The translations under genes were made by a program, and so were the position numbers. This document shows, in pieces, positions 38,537 through 47,021 of a DNA stretch of 64,000 nucleotides. Within the stretch, counting starts at the first letter, position 1; the number at the start of each line of letters is the position of its first letter. Source of the DNA: a virus; IMG/VR virus record IMGVR_UViG_3300047382_000480, positions 1 through 64,000 of that record; one strand, given 5' to 3'. Below the pieces are notes generated by a model. It saw only the letters and a program-made list of their open reading frames with translations. It was not told the DNA's origin and made no database searches.

Positions 38537-38992
38537 TTATTCCTGGAGGAATTGTTTTTTGATTGAGATGTTTTTTGGCTTACGCTCCTCTGGGACAATA
38601 TGTTCTAGAGAAATAGTAAGAATGCCATCAGAAAAACCTGCACCTACGACTTCAACATCCTGATTCAATGCAAATGTCTTGGTAAAATTTCTAGAACCAA
38701 TACCTTTGTGAACGAAAGTTCGATCATCATCTTCTGATTGAATCCCCTGAACGACAAGTTTGTTCCCTTCTGGGACTTGCGTTATTGTCAACTCTTCATC
38801 GGTGAACCCAGCTGCAGCAAATTCAATTGTGTATTTGCTATCGCCTTCGTCGACAATATTATAGGGTGGATAATTATTGGAAAGTTCTGCCACATTATTT
38901 AGATTGTCAAACAAATGATCAAACCCAATAGTGAATGGGGCAATATTATTTGCGATATCGTGAAGATCGCGTGCTCTGAATTTAGTAACCAT
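38537..38992 (-). CDS. hsp20: Small heat-shock protein Hsp20 (IbpA-like)
   Basis: IGFD, NYPPYNI, AAAGF, HKGIGSRNF, DGILTI, PEERKP. Confidence 0.93.
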   Translation of the reverse strand: MVTKFRARDLHDIANNIAPFTIGFDHLFDNLNNVAELSNNYPPYNIVDEGDSKYTIEFAAAGFTDEELTITQVPEGNKLVVQGIQSEDDDRTFVHKGIGSRNFTKTFALNQDVEVVGAGFSDGILTISLEHIVPEERKPKNISIKKQFLQE

Positions 38993-39047
38993 TTCGGTCT
39001 CCTTATATTAAGCGAGTTATGTTTATGCGACCCAAATGGCGTCGCAT
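38990..39047 (-). promoter_or_regulatory. ROSE-like RNA thermometer in hsp20 5'UTR
   Basis: 5' hairpin (AU)GCGAC..GUCGC(AU), then CUCGCUUA-AUA-UAAGGAG pairing UCGCU with the SD, leaving a bulged G. Confidence 0.65.
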
Positions 39048-39051
39048 GTTT

Positions 39052-39081
39052 ATTATATAATATTTAAAACTAAAAAGTCAA
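39052..39081 (-). promoter_or_regulatory. Sigma70-type promoter for hsp20
   Basis: TTGACT-18-TATAAT. Confidence 0.65.
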
Positions 39082-39495
39082 TTACTTTTTGCCAATATTA
39101 TATTTGGTTATCAGTTCCCAATCGTTCTTTTCTTTGAACGAGAGAACCTTAATCTGAGATAGCGGTGCTTGTTCAGCATGCTTCTCTTCAGATACTATTG
39201 TCATCAAACCCCAATCTGAAAGTAACTTAGCAATCGTGTTTCGTCTTTCTAAGTCACCTTCACCAAAATCTGCTGCCTTACCATCAAGCGCAAACAGTTC
39301 TTTAAAGTGTGTGATGAAATATCTACCTTTCTTGTGTAATATGTGACAAGACTGGTATAAAATTTGTTCTTTTCTGGAGGCAACGCCAATGCGGGATAAT
39401 GTTTCTCTTATTTTTAGAAAGTCATCTGCATCTTTTAAAGTGATTTCTAGCGGTGCATATCCAGGATATTCAATCTGGAAGAAATCTTCACTCAT
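39082..39495 (-). CDS. regA: Translational repressor RegA
   Basis: DDFLKIRETLSRIG, LYQSCHILHKKGRYFITHFKELF. Confidence 0.96.
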   Translation of the reverse strand: MSEDFFQIEYPGYAPLEITLKDADDFLKIRETLSRIGVASRKEQILYQSCHILHKKGRYFITHFKELFALDGKAADFGEGDLERRNTIAKLLSDWGLMTIVSEEKHAEQAPLSQIKVLSFKEKNDWELITKYNIGKK

Positions 39496-39532
39496 TATAA
39501 ATCCTTGTTATTCTTTTAAGAGTGTTCGGATT

Positions 39533-39540
39533 TATTTATA
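39533..39540 (-). promoter_or_regulatory. T4-type late promoter upstream of regA
   Basis: TATAAATA. Confidence 0.6.
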
Positions 39541-39558
39541 AAATTGAGTATATTGGGA

Positions 39559-40002
39559 TTACTTCCCACCCTTGTTCAGTTTCTTCTTAATAGCATCTAG
39601 TTGAGACTCTGTCAAGATTCTTAATGCGCCTTGAGCATGAGTATCATTGTATCCATAATATTCTTTGACTGTGGCTAAATCTTCTTCTTTGATTGGCTTC
39701 AGCCATTTATTAAATCTTTTTTTCGGACGAACAATACCACGAAGAAAATCAAACTGCGCTTTCTTATCAATATGTGGTCGGCTGTTCATTTCATTACAAG
39801 CAATGACAGTATCCGCACCATAACTCAGTGCCTTATTGATTATGAATGCATTGTATTGTTTTTCAGACCAGTCGTCTACGATTAAATTTTGTTTGGTGTG
39901 ATGGATAGCATTGACGAATTCAAAGGGACTGATTGCCTTTTTCTTTACTTTGAATTGTTCCTCGTCTAGCGATACAACTGGATCGCCCATACCCTCAAGC
40001 AT
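39559..40002 (-). CDS. 62: Clamp loader small subunit (gp62)
   Basis: YNAFIINKALS, NEMN, KKRFNKW, KEYYGY; synteny. Confidence 0.92.
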   Translation of the reverse strand: MLEGMGDPVVSLDEEQFKVKKKAISPFEFVNAIHHTKQNLIVDDWSEKQYNAFIINKALSYGADTVIACNEMNSRPHIDKKAQFDFLRGIVRPKKRFNKWLKPIKEEDLATVKEYYGYNDTHAQGALRILTESQLDAIKKKLNKGGK

Positions 40003-40008
40003 TATACA

Positions 40009-40950
40009 TTACCCCTTGAGTTCAACATTCGCCATAATCTCTGTGAGGCAAGCTGTCAGATTAATTTCTTGATCGGCAACAAATGCTGCCTTGTATTGGT
40101 AATCTGCAATTAGAAGAACAAGCTGGGGAACCTGACTGACTTTATCTATCAAAGTGTCGTAAATTTTACGATATACACCTTGCGGATCTGAATCCACATT
40201 ATTAGCAACCCACTGTCGCATTTTCTTCCAGTCTTTGTCTCGAAGGCTGTCAACTAGTGCCTTCGTATTCACTTCAGCAAGGTTTGACAAAATACCTTCA
40301 TCAATCTTACCAGAAACACTATAGCGTTGCAATTCATTGAGGACACGTCGATAGTCTGGAAAATGTTTCATTAAAAGTTCAGCAAGGACTTTTTCAGAAT
40401 ATTCAACATTTTCTTGGTCGAGGATACCAGTCATTCGCTTCATAAAGCGAGAAGCCATTTGTTGGCGATTGGTTTTATCGAGTTTAAAATCCACGACAGT
40501 TGTTCGACTGTGTAGCGGTTCAATGATCCTGTTTCTATAGTTACAGGTAAAAATGAACCGACAGTTTTTAGAAAACTCCTCAATGAATGCACGCAAGGCA
40601 GGTTGTGTTGAATTGGGGTTCAGATAATCTGCTTCATCAAGTATGACCACCTTTGGCTTGCCCTCAAAGGACACAGTGCTGGCAAAGTCTTTTATCTTTG
40701 TCCGAAGAACATCGATACCAGACTCTTCAGAGCCATTGATAATAATATAGTCACACCCCAATTCGTTACACAAAGCACGAGCAACTGTCGTTTTTCCCGT
40801 GCCAGCAGTACCACATAATAACAAGTTTGAAATCTCTCCAGCGTCCACAAACTGTTGAAATGTATTCAAGAGAGAGGAGGGAAGGATACATTCCTCCAGT
40901 TTTTGTGGGCGATATTTCTCAACCCAAAGAAATTCATCTTGTTTTTTCAT
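40009..40950 (-). CDS. 44: Clamp loader large subunit (gp44)
   Basis: LWVEKYRP, GTAGTGKTT, ILDEAD, PLHSR. Confidence 0.96.
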   Translation of the reverse strand: MKKQDEFLWVEKYRPQKLEECILPSSLLNTFQQFVDAGEISNLLLCGTAGTGKTTVARALCNELGCDYIIINGSEESGIDVLRTKIKDFASTVSFEGKPKVVILDEADYLNPNSTQPALRAFIEEFSKNCRFIFTCNYRNRIIEPLHSRTTVVDFKLDKTNRQQMASRFMKRMTGILDQENVEYSEKVLAELLMKHFPDYRRVLNELQRYSVSGKIDEGILSNLAEVNTKALVDSLRDKDWKKMRQWVANNVDSDPQGVYRKIYDTLIDKVSQVPQLVLLIADYQYKAAFVADQEINLTACLTEIMANVELKG

Positions 40951-40967
40951 ATAGTACTCCTAACCAC

Positions 40968-41573
40968 CTAACCAAGTTTATCTTCAGAACCTATGCCATC
41001 TGATAGGTTCAATGTTAATGCTTCACCACCTGCATCATACTCCCTTCCTTCCAAAAAGGCAAGGATATTTTGCGGAGAAGACACACCATATGGATCGTCC
41101 ATAGCATTTTGAGTGAACCCTCTTTCGACAAATCCTTGTTCAATTTCAAAGTTCTTGACAATTACTGCATAACGCCAAGAACGAACACCGAATCCAAGAT
41201 TGTCTTTTTGAACGTCCATTCCCATCGAGGCTGTAAACTTAGCAGACCCATCTGGAATAACTTTGACATTTTTAAGACCTTGATCCTCTGCCCACTTATT
41301 CATCACAAACGTATCATTAACCGATACGCAATAGATGTTTTCAATACCTGCCTTCTTGAACCGAGGATATAATTCCTCAAAGTCAGGAAGTTGGTATGTT
41401 GAACAAGTCGGTGTAAATGCTCCAGGAAGCGAGAAAATAATACACTTTTCACGACCCACTATTTCATGGCTCAACTGCATTTCCCATTTGTAAGGATTAT
41501 CACCACCCAGCGATTCATCTCGTACACGGACATGATGAATCACATTAGGTATGCGGTAAGGGAACGAACTCAT
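40968..41573 (-). CDS. Peroxiredoxin (Prx5 type)
   Basis: SLPGAFTPTCS, SVNDTFVM, RSWRYA. Confidence 0.9.
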   Translation of the reverse strand: MSSFPYRIPNVIHHVRVRDESLGGDNPYKWEMQLSHEIVGREKCIIFSLPGAFTPTCSTYQLPDFEELYPRFKKAGIENIYCVSVNDTFVMNKWAEDQGLKNVKVIPDGSAKFTASMGMDVQKDNLGFGVRSWRYAVIVKNFEIEQGFVERGFTQNAMDDPYGVSSPQNILAFLEGREYDAGGEALTLNLSDGIGSEDKLG

Positions 41574-41582
41574 ATCTACTCC

Positions 41583-42239
41583 TTAGATTACTGAGTTTGG
41601 TTCTAGAGCCAACCAGTATTTAAGAGTTCCTGCTTCGTTCTCAAGGAACATAAACTTCTTTTGCGACAAGACGATCTTGTATGAATCCGCAATAACTTTG
41701 AAGTTCTCAACAGCAAGGCGACAATCAAACTCTTTATCAGTTTCTCCAATAACCTGACGGAAGGTATTGCTACGAGGTGTTGAGGGATCGCCAACAGACA
41801 ATGTAACCTTACCATCACGACCAACAACACTCATTACAGGTGCGCTGATAACAGATGCTGCACGGCTGATGTTTGTTACCTCATCTTTACTCAGAGAAAA
41901 CTCATAGAAGTTATCTACTTCAATAGTCTTGTCGGGAGCAGCAACAATAATTGAAGGGTCTGCATAATAATACTCAAACTCTGCACCACTGCTGTTGATT
42001 TTAAGACTCTCATCGCCAAGATCCAGATCTGGATTTTCAGTGAATGTAAGCAAACCTAACAGACTATTCAAGTCATAGATAGCAAACTCTTTGTCAAAAG
42101 ACTCGGACACTGTAGCACGAGAGAATATATTCTTGCCATTAGAAATCGTGGCAAGGGTGTTACCTTCACGAACTAGGATGTTCGTGTTAATCGTTGCGAA
42201 GTTTTTTAGGACTTCAAGGGTTGGTTTAGAAATGTTCAT
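41583..42239 (-). CDS. 45: Sliding clamp (gp45)
   Basis: LKNFATIN, FAIYDLN, YWLALE; synteny. Confidence 0.93.
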   Translation of the reverse strand: MNISKPTLEVLKNFATINTNILVREGNTLATISNGKNIFSRATVSESFDKEFAIYDLNSLLGLLTFTENPDLDLGDESLKINSSGAEFEYYYADPSIIVAAPDKTIEVDNFYEFSLSKDEVTNISRAASVISAPVMSVVGRDGKVTLSVGDPSTPRSNTFRQVIGETDKEFDCRLAVENFKVIADSYKIVLSQKKFMFLENEAGTLKYWLALEPNSVI

Positions 42240-42275
42240 AATATAAGTTTCCTCTTTCTTTCACTTAGTTTCATA

Positions 42276-42304
42276 ATAATAAATCAATCATACATAAAAG
42301 TCAA
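42276..42304 (-). promoter_or_regulatory. Sigma70-type promoter for gp45 operon
   Basis: TTGACT-17-TATTAT. Confidence 0.65.
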
Positions 42305-42612
42305 GCACTTTCTTCAAAATACTCAATATTAATTTCAAATCCATCTTTAGCCTTGTCGGTGAAATCGATATCCATTGATTTCAACTCGTCAAACAGATTT
42401 TGATCTTCAGACCTTCCAATAACAGTTAGCGTTAATCCATCAACACTAAATTGATATTCTAATTTTACTTTACCGCTGTCAACATGACGACGAAAAATAC
42501 TCCTTGCGAGTTCGGCTTGCGGTCCACCCCAAGTATCAGCCCCAGAAAGAAAAATTTGTGAGAGATCTTTTCGTGTAACAGATATTTTCACACAGTAATT
42601 TGTTGAAGACAT
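42301..42612 (-). CDS. Hypothetical protein
   Basis: 103 aa, overlaps upstream gene; last gene of the lipid cassette. Confidence 0.6.
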   Translation of the reverse strand: MSSTNYCVKISVTRKDLSQIFLSGADTWGGPQAELARSIFRRHVDSGKVKLEYQFSVDGLTLTVIGRSEDQNLFDELKSMDIDFTDKAKDGFEINIEYFEESA

Positions 42613-43181
42613 TGCTTTACCTCATTTTCATAATCGCTAAAATCGATATACATCGCAGTTTGTTCTGTAAATTTATAATTAACCTTTGTATCAAAGGTCT
42701 TAATTTTAGGAACAAAAGACAAATATTTATTTTTTCTGACATTCATATATGCAATTGTAGCTTTTGCTCTCCAAAGATTATGATCGTTTAAGAAGAACAC
42801 TGCAGCCCGATAATTATCTTTTATTGCACGGATAAATGTGTGCTGAATTAATTTTCTCATCAACTGGATTCTTTCTTTCATTCCGAGATCGGTTGAAATA
42901 TATAACCGAACTGGGAAAACTGCTATTGAGTCATCTTGCTCAAAAGGATAACACCCAACACCGCAAACATATTTACCATCTTTTTCATAAACAAAATACC
43001 CACCATTTTCACAATCATATATCTTCTGAATAAAGATTTGATTGAGAACAGTTTCTGGGCGATTTTTCCAATCTAACACCTGCACATTTTCTGCAGTTAG
43101 ATCATCGCTAAACTCAGCAATTTTACACATATCAAACAATTTCTTGTCTTTTTCACAACTGCTATCTATTCTTACGAACAT
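42588..43181 (-). CDS. Possible GNAT-fold acyltransferase
   Basis: YFVYEKDGKYVCGVG strands, VRLYI, helix, AVFFLNDHN; lacks canonical R/QxxGxG. Confidence 0.4.
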   Translation of the reverse strand: MFVRIDSSCEKDKKLFDMCKIAEFSDDLTAENVQVLDWKNRPETVLNQIFIQKIYDCENGGYFVYEKDGKYVCGVGCYPFEQDDSIAVFPVRLYISTDLGMKERIQLMRKLIQHTFIRAIKDNYRAAVFFLNDHNLWRAKATIAYMNVRKNKYLSFVPKIKTFDTKVNYKFTEQTAMYIDFSDYENEVKQCLQQITV

Positions 43182-43935
43182 CCAAAAACCTTATGAAAAA
43201 CTGATATGGCGAATCAAAAAACCCAAACTGTGCCTTTCCTGGATTATCGTGATGATTCTTATGGTACAACTCACCAACATAAAATATACTTAACCATGGA
43301 ACATTAATCGGTTCTTTTTTTAGATGACCAAAGATGTTTAATGTAACTTGGAAGATGTATGCGACCGCAATAAACGAAGCCCAGAACCCTCCTAATCCAA
43401 CTGCAAACATAAATGCAGCAGAGAGTATACCAAACTCCCAATACCACCTTGCTTGTAGTAGATACAGTTTGTCTCTTATCATCCACCTTGGAACCATATT
43501 AACAGGTGGAACATTATTAAAGACCATAAAATTATCAAAGATACTATGAACATTTCCATGAGGATCTTTTTCTGTATCAGTATGCTTGTGGTGTTGCCTG
43601 TGTATTCCTGCCCATCCCATACAGGGAGTGAGTAAGAAAAATGTTATCAATACCACAGTCAAAACCTCAACAAATCTATTTGGTTGCCAAGACTTATGTG
43701 AGCAGTAACGATGTTGAAACCCAGAGACAAAATATCCCACAAGAAGATTACTTAGTACTGCCCAAACAAAAACTTCTAAGAGTGATAATTTTGTTATCCA
43801 AAATACTGATGCGACAAGACAAGCTATGTACACAGCAGTGTGAACATATCCTGTTTTATTTCCTATAAACTTAGTCAAAGGAGCATTCAAACTTGCTTTC
43901 AAAAAAGCAAGGATAGTTATAATTGTAAGCATCAT
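43162..43935 (-). CDS. Membrane fatty acid desaturase (delta-9-like)
   Basis: Three His boxes HRYCSH, HRQHH(..D...DPH), HKNHH; TM helices. Confidence 0.9.
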   Translation of the reverse strand: MMLTIITILAFLKASLNAPLTKFIGNKTGYVHTAVYIACLVASVFWITKLSLLEVFVWAVLSNLLVGYFVSGFQHRYCSHKSWQPNRFVEVLTVVLITFFLLTPCMGWAGIHRQHHKHTDTEKDPHGNVHSIFDNFMVFNNVPPVNMVPRWMIRDKLYLLQARWYWEFGILSAAFMFAVGLGGFWASFIAVAYIFQVTLNIFGHLKKEPINVPWLSIFYVGELYHKNHHDNPGKAQFGFFDSPYQFFIRFLDVRKNR

Positions 43936-45092
43936 ACTCGTAAAACTATTGAAGAAGACCTTCCACCAAATGCAAACGAATTCTTCAATGCCAGTTTCCC
44001 ATTAACATTCTTTTTATATTTATAGACATATTCTAGATCGCAGTCTTGAATATTGAAATTTGCAGGTATAACAGAATCACGAAGGCACATCAAAGTATAA
44101 ATTGTTTCATTAATTCCACTAGAAGCAAGGGAATGACCAACCTTTGATTTAAAGCTGACAATAGGTTTGTTTGGAACTACCTTTTGAATTGCATCATATT
44201 CAAGGTCATCACCAATCGGTGTTGATGTTCCGTGCGCATTAATGAATGCGATATCGCCTTGGAGGTCTTTGGTAACATCTTTCATAGAAGCAATTGCGCC
44301 AGTCATATTTAGATCTGGAGATGTAGCACTACCTAATGCGCCATCTGTATGGTGCGCGATTGATTCAATGTACCCAAGTATATTAGCACCTCTCGCCAAA
44401 GCAGTAGACTCTTTTTCTAGCAACAGACAACCAGCACCCTCTCCCATGATGAACCCATCTCGGTTTTTATCAAAGGGGCAGGACTTTGTTCCCAGTGCAC
44501 CTAACTGAGAAAACAGATACATCTCATCTTCTACAGCAGGAGTATCTGTACCACCAACAACTACAAAGTCGTGTGTTTTAAGTAAGTGTGTCGCGTAGTC
44601 TAGAGAATATAGACCAGTTGCGCATGCGCCATCCATACTAACACAAGCACCACGAAAGTCAAATGCCTTTCCGATCAACCCAGCTGTAAAATCTTTTAAG
44701 TATTGAACGGAAGTTCTTGGGGATAGTCTTCTACCTTTATGCAATCTAGTAGAAAATGTTGTAGCCTGAGTTTCGGGTTTAGTCGCAAGGGAACTGAAAA
44801 CAACAGCGACATTAGTGCTGTCAATATCTTTAGTAGCTTCCTTGACTACGTGCAAGGCATTTTTAGATGCAACTGAAATTGAAGTATGTACTGGTTTTCG
44901 CACACCTTCAGGAATAGCATAATCAACTTCCATTGCCTTGAAACACTTTAAACCTTTGATAACATCAATATCTGTTTCAAACTCAATAGGCTCAATGTAT
45001 TCATCGCTCATCAGTCTAGCGTAACATTCTCCTGGAGAAGTCCCAAGAGTATCAACCATACCTAATCCTGTTATCACAATTTTATCGGTCAT
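43932..45092 (-). CDS. Beta-ketoacyl-ACP synthase (FabF/FabB-like)
   Basis: IVITGLG, ACATG (Cys), PFDKNRDGFIMGEGAG, INAHGTST (His), KSKVGHS (His), NSFAFGG. Confidence 0.92.
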   Translation of the reverse strand: MTDKIVITGLGMVDTLGTSPGECYARLMSDEYIEPIEFETDIDVIKGLKCFKAMEVDYAIPEGVRKPVHTSISVASKNALHVVKEATKDIDSTNVAVVFSSLATKPETQATTFSTRLHKGRRLSPRTSVQYLKDFTAGLIGKAFDFRGACVSMDGACATGLYSLDYATHLLKTHDFVVVGGTDTPAVEDEMYLFSQLGALGTKSCPFDKNRDGFIMGEGAGCLLLEKESTALARGANILGYIESIAHHTDGALGSATSPDLNMTGAIASMKDVTKDLQGDIAFINAHGTSTPIGDDLEYDAIQKVVPNKPIVSFKSKVGHSLASSGINETIYTLMCLRDSVIPANFNIQDCDLEYVYKYKKNVNGKLALKNSFAFGGRSSSIVLRV

Positions 45093-45104
45093 AATAAAAC
45101 TCGT

Positions 45105-45533
45105 CTATAGATGTTCAAAAAACTCATACATATTTAGGAAGTCTCCGTCAAGCGAAGGAATATTTTCTATATCAATGTTTGGTCTGTTTTTAAATTCAGC
45201 CTCAACATCATCTTTTTTGTAAAACGATGCTATACTATTATGTGAATTGTAATCGTCAGCATTCACATAAAAAAGATAATCTGCAGTAGTGGCGTGGAAA
45301 TAACGAAGAACAGACATTTTTCCTTTCACGGGATCATCGTCGCACTTCCCCTTCGCTACCGCATATCCATTATCAAAAGAAATTTGGGTCGCCAGAGAAG
45401 AAGACTCAGTGTCTGTTATATTAATAACGACAATCCGCTCATGAGGAGAGGAGTTTGAGTTCACGGATTTCAAACACCGATCTAACTTCTCTGGCTTCCC
45501 ATTGGTCAAAACCGCAACCAAAACTTTAGACAT
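45105..45533 (-). CDS. Short GT2 glycosyltransferase-like protein
   Basis: VLVAVLT...KLDRCLKSV...IVVIN...YLFYVNADD resembles the GT-A N-terminal half; only about 140 aa. Confidence 0.45.
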   Translation of the reverse strand: MSKVLVAVLTNGKPEKLDRCLKSVNSNSSPHERIVVINITDTESSSLATQISFDNGYAVAKGKCDDDPVKGKMSVLRYFHATTADYLFYVNADDYNSHNSIASFYKKDDVEAEFKNRPNIDIENIPSLDGDFLNMYEFFEHL

Positions 45534-45807
45534 CTTCGTGTTCTCTATCGTGAACGTGAAGAGCAATCAAACCATAATGCAAAACTTTCAACAAGTCTTT
45601 GCGATTATATCCATCTTTGTTACCATAGCGTTGAGCATATTTCATAATATTACCGATACAAAACCCTTCGCCATGACCACCATCAATAATAAACTCGGTG
45701 GCTTGAAATTTATTTCTTGAGTAATGTTCGCCATATGTAGCATCAACATACTTTTGAAGGTCAGCCATCAACTGACCTTCGTTATATTTGTAATCAACCG
45801 CCATCAT
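45526..45807 (-). CDS. DUF3310-like protein
   Basis: TYGEHY, GFCIGNIMKYAQRYGNKDG...DLLKVLHY. Confidence 0.75.
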   Translation of the reverse strand: MMAVDYKYNEGQLMADLQKYVDATYGEHYSRNKFQATEFIIDGGHGEGFCIGNIMKYAQRYGNKDGYNRKDLLKVLHYGLIALHVHDREHEDV

Positions 45808-46961
45808 TATTCCCCGAACAATTCGTCAAGTTCTGTTTCTGAAGCCAAAGGTATTTCTTCGTCACCTAACGCATCAGCATCAACCTTAGTATACAGATCA
45901 ATGAACGCAGCACGAGTATCTTCGTCAAAACGATTTACGCACATCTCTATCGCTTTCAATCGATCATCAAACATAGCATAAGCATTCACGATATGTTCAA
46001 TACGACGAGTTGATACGAGGTCATCAATAGCACCCTCAGCAAAAGTTTTTCGGATAACATCAGCCCAGCGAACTAGTTTCTCAGCAAAGTCTTCATCTAC
46101 TTTACCCACACGATGCATTTTACCCATAACAATTCTCTTTTCTTGAGACTCAGAAGGGAACTTTTGTTCGATAGTGATAGCAAAACGCTCAAGGAATGCT
46201 TCATCTAGAATCTGTGCCGAGATAAACTTACCATCATCCGAGCCACGACCTTTCGTATTAGCAGTAGCGACAACATTGAAGCCAGCTGAAGGATGAACCA
46301 TCTCACCAGTTTTCTTATTGAAGTATGGTTTACCCTCAAGGATGGCTTGCAAACACATCAACTTGTTAGAACCACGATCCAGCTCATCAAGAATCAAAAC
46401 AGCACCACGCTTCATCGCAGTCAAAACTGGACCCTCGCGATAAACAACATTTCCGTCAACTAGCGTATTACCACCGATCAAATCGTCTTCATCGGTCTCA
46501 ACAGAAATGTTAACACGGATCGCTTCACGTTTCAGTTTAGCACAGATTTGCTCAACCATGGTTGTTTTACCATTACCTGACAAACCAGAAATAAACGTGG
46601 GATAGAACAGACCAGATTTTACGATTTTGGCTAGATCTCGGTGGAAACCAAACGCCACATATGTGGGATCAACCACTGGGATAAGGTTATCAACCTTCAC
46701 TGCAAGTTTAGCTTGAGTCACTAATTTTTCATCCTGTACAGGGGCAGGGGTCGGAACAGGGGCATTATTGCTTTGAACAATTTTCAACCCTGCTGCATCA
46801 ACAGCATATTTGTTGTAACCCACTTTGTTCTCACGAAAAAACCAATGCGGGTATGGAATATCAAGACCTTGTTGTATCTCAACGATTTCAGGTCGGCTAA
46901 ATGTCTCTTTGTTTTGAAGCTTCAGTGCTTCAAGTAACTTCTCACGATTCAACTTACTCAT
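45807..46961 (-). CDS. cobS: MoxR/CobS-like AAA+ ATPase
   Basis: GLSGNGKT, LILDELD, ATANTKGRG, AFLERF, VSTRR. Confidence 0.88.
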   Translation of the reverse strand: MSKLNREKLLEALKLQNKETFSRPEIVEIQQGLDIPYPHWFFRENKVGYNKYAVDAAGLKIVQSNNAPVPTPAPVQDEKLVTQAKLAVKVDNLIPVVDPTYVAFGFHRDLAKIVKSGLFYPTFISGLSGNGKTTMVEQICAKLKREAIRVNISVETDEDDLIGGNTLVDGNVVYREGPVLTAMKRGAVLILDELDRGSNKLMCLQAILEGKPYFNKKTGEMVHPSAGFNVVATANTKGRGSDDGKFISAQILDEAFLERFAITIEQKFPSESQEKRIVMGKMHRVGKVDEDFAEKLVRWADVIRKTFAEGAIDDLVSTRRIEHIVNAYAMFDDRLKAIEMCVNRFDEDTRAAFIDLYTKVDADALGDEEIPLASETELDELFGE

Positions 46962-46992
46962 AACATAATCCTCTCTCATCAAGTTATAATAT

Positions 46993-47021
46993 ATTATCGC
47001 TCATTTCAATCCAAAAGTCAA
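46993..47021 (-). promoter_or_regulatory. Sigma70-type promoter
   Basis: TTGACT-17-GATAAT. Confidence 0.65.

Noticed and set aside
42301-45092. Host-derived contamination explaining the fabF-like and desaturase genes
   Set aside because: Genes are co-oriented, overlapping and embedded between phage genes, and the last one overlaps a phage-type promoter; read mapping is still advisable
45807-46961. Cobalamin biosynthesis inferred from the cobS-like gene
   Set aside because: No cobN or other cob genes; the motifs support only a MoxR-type AAA+ ATPase
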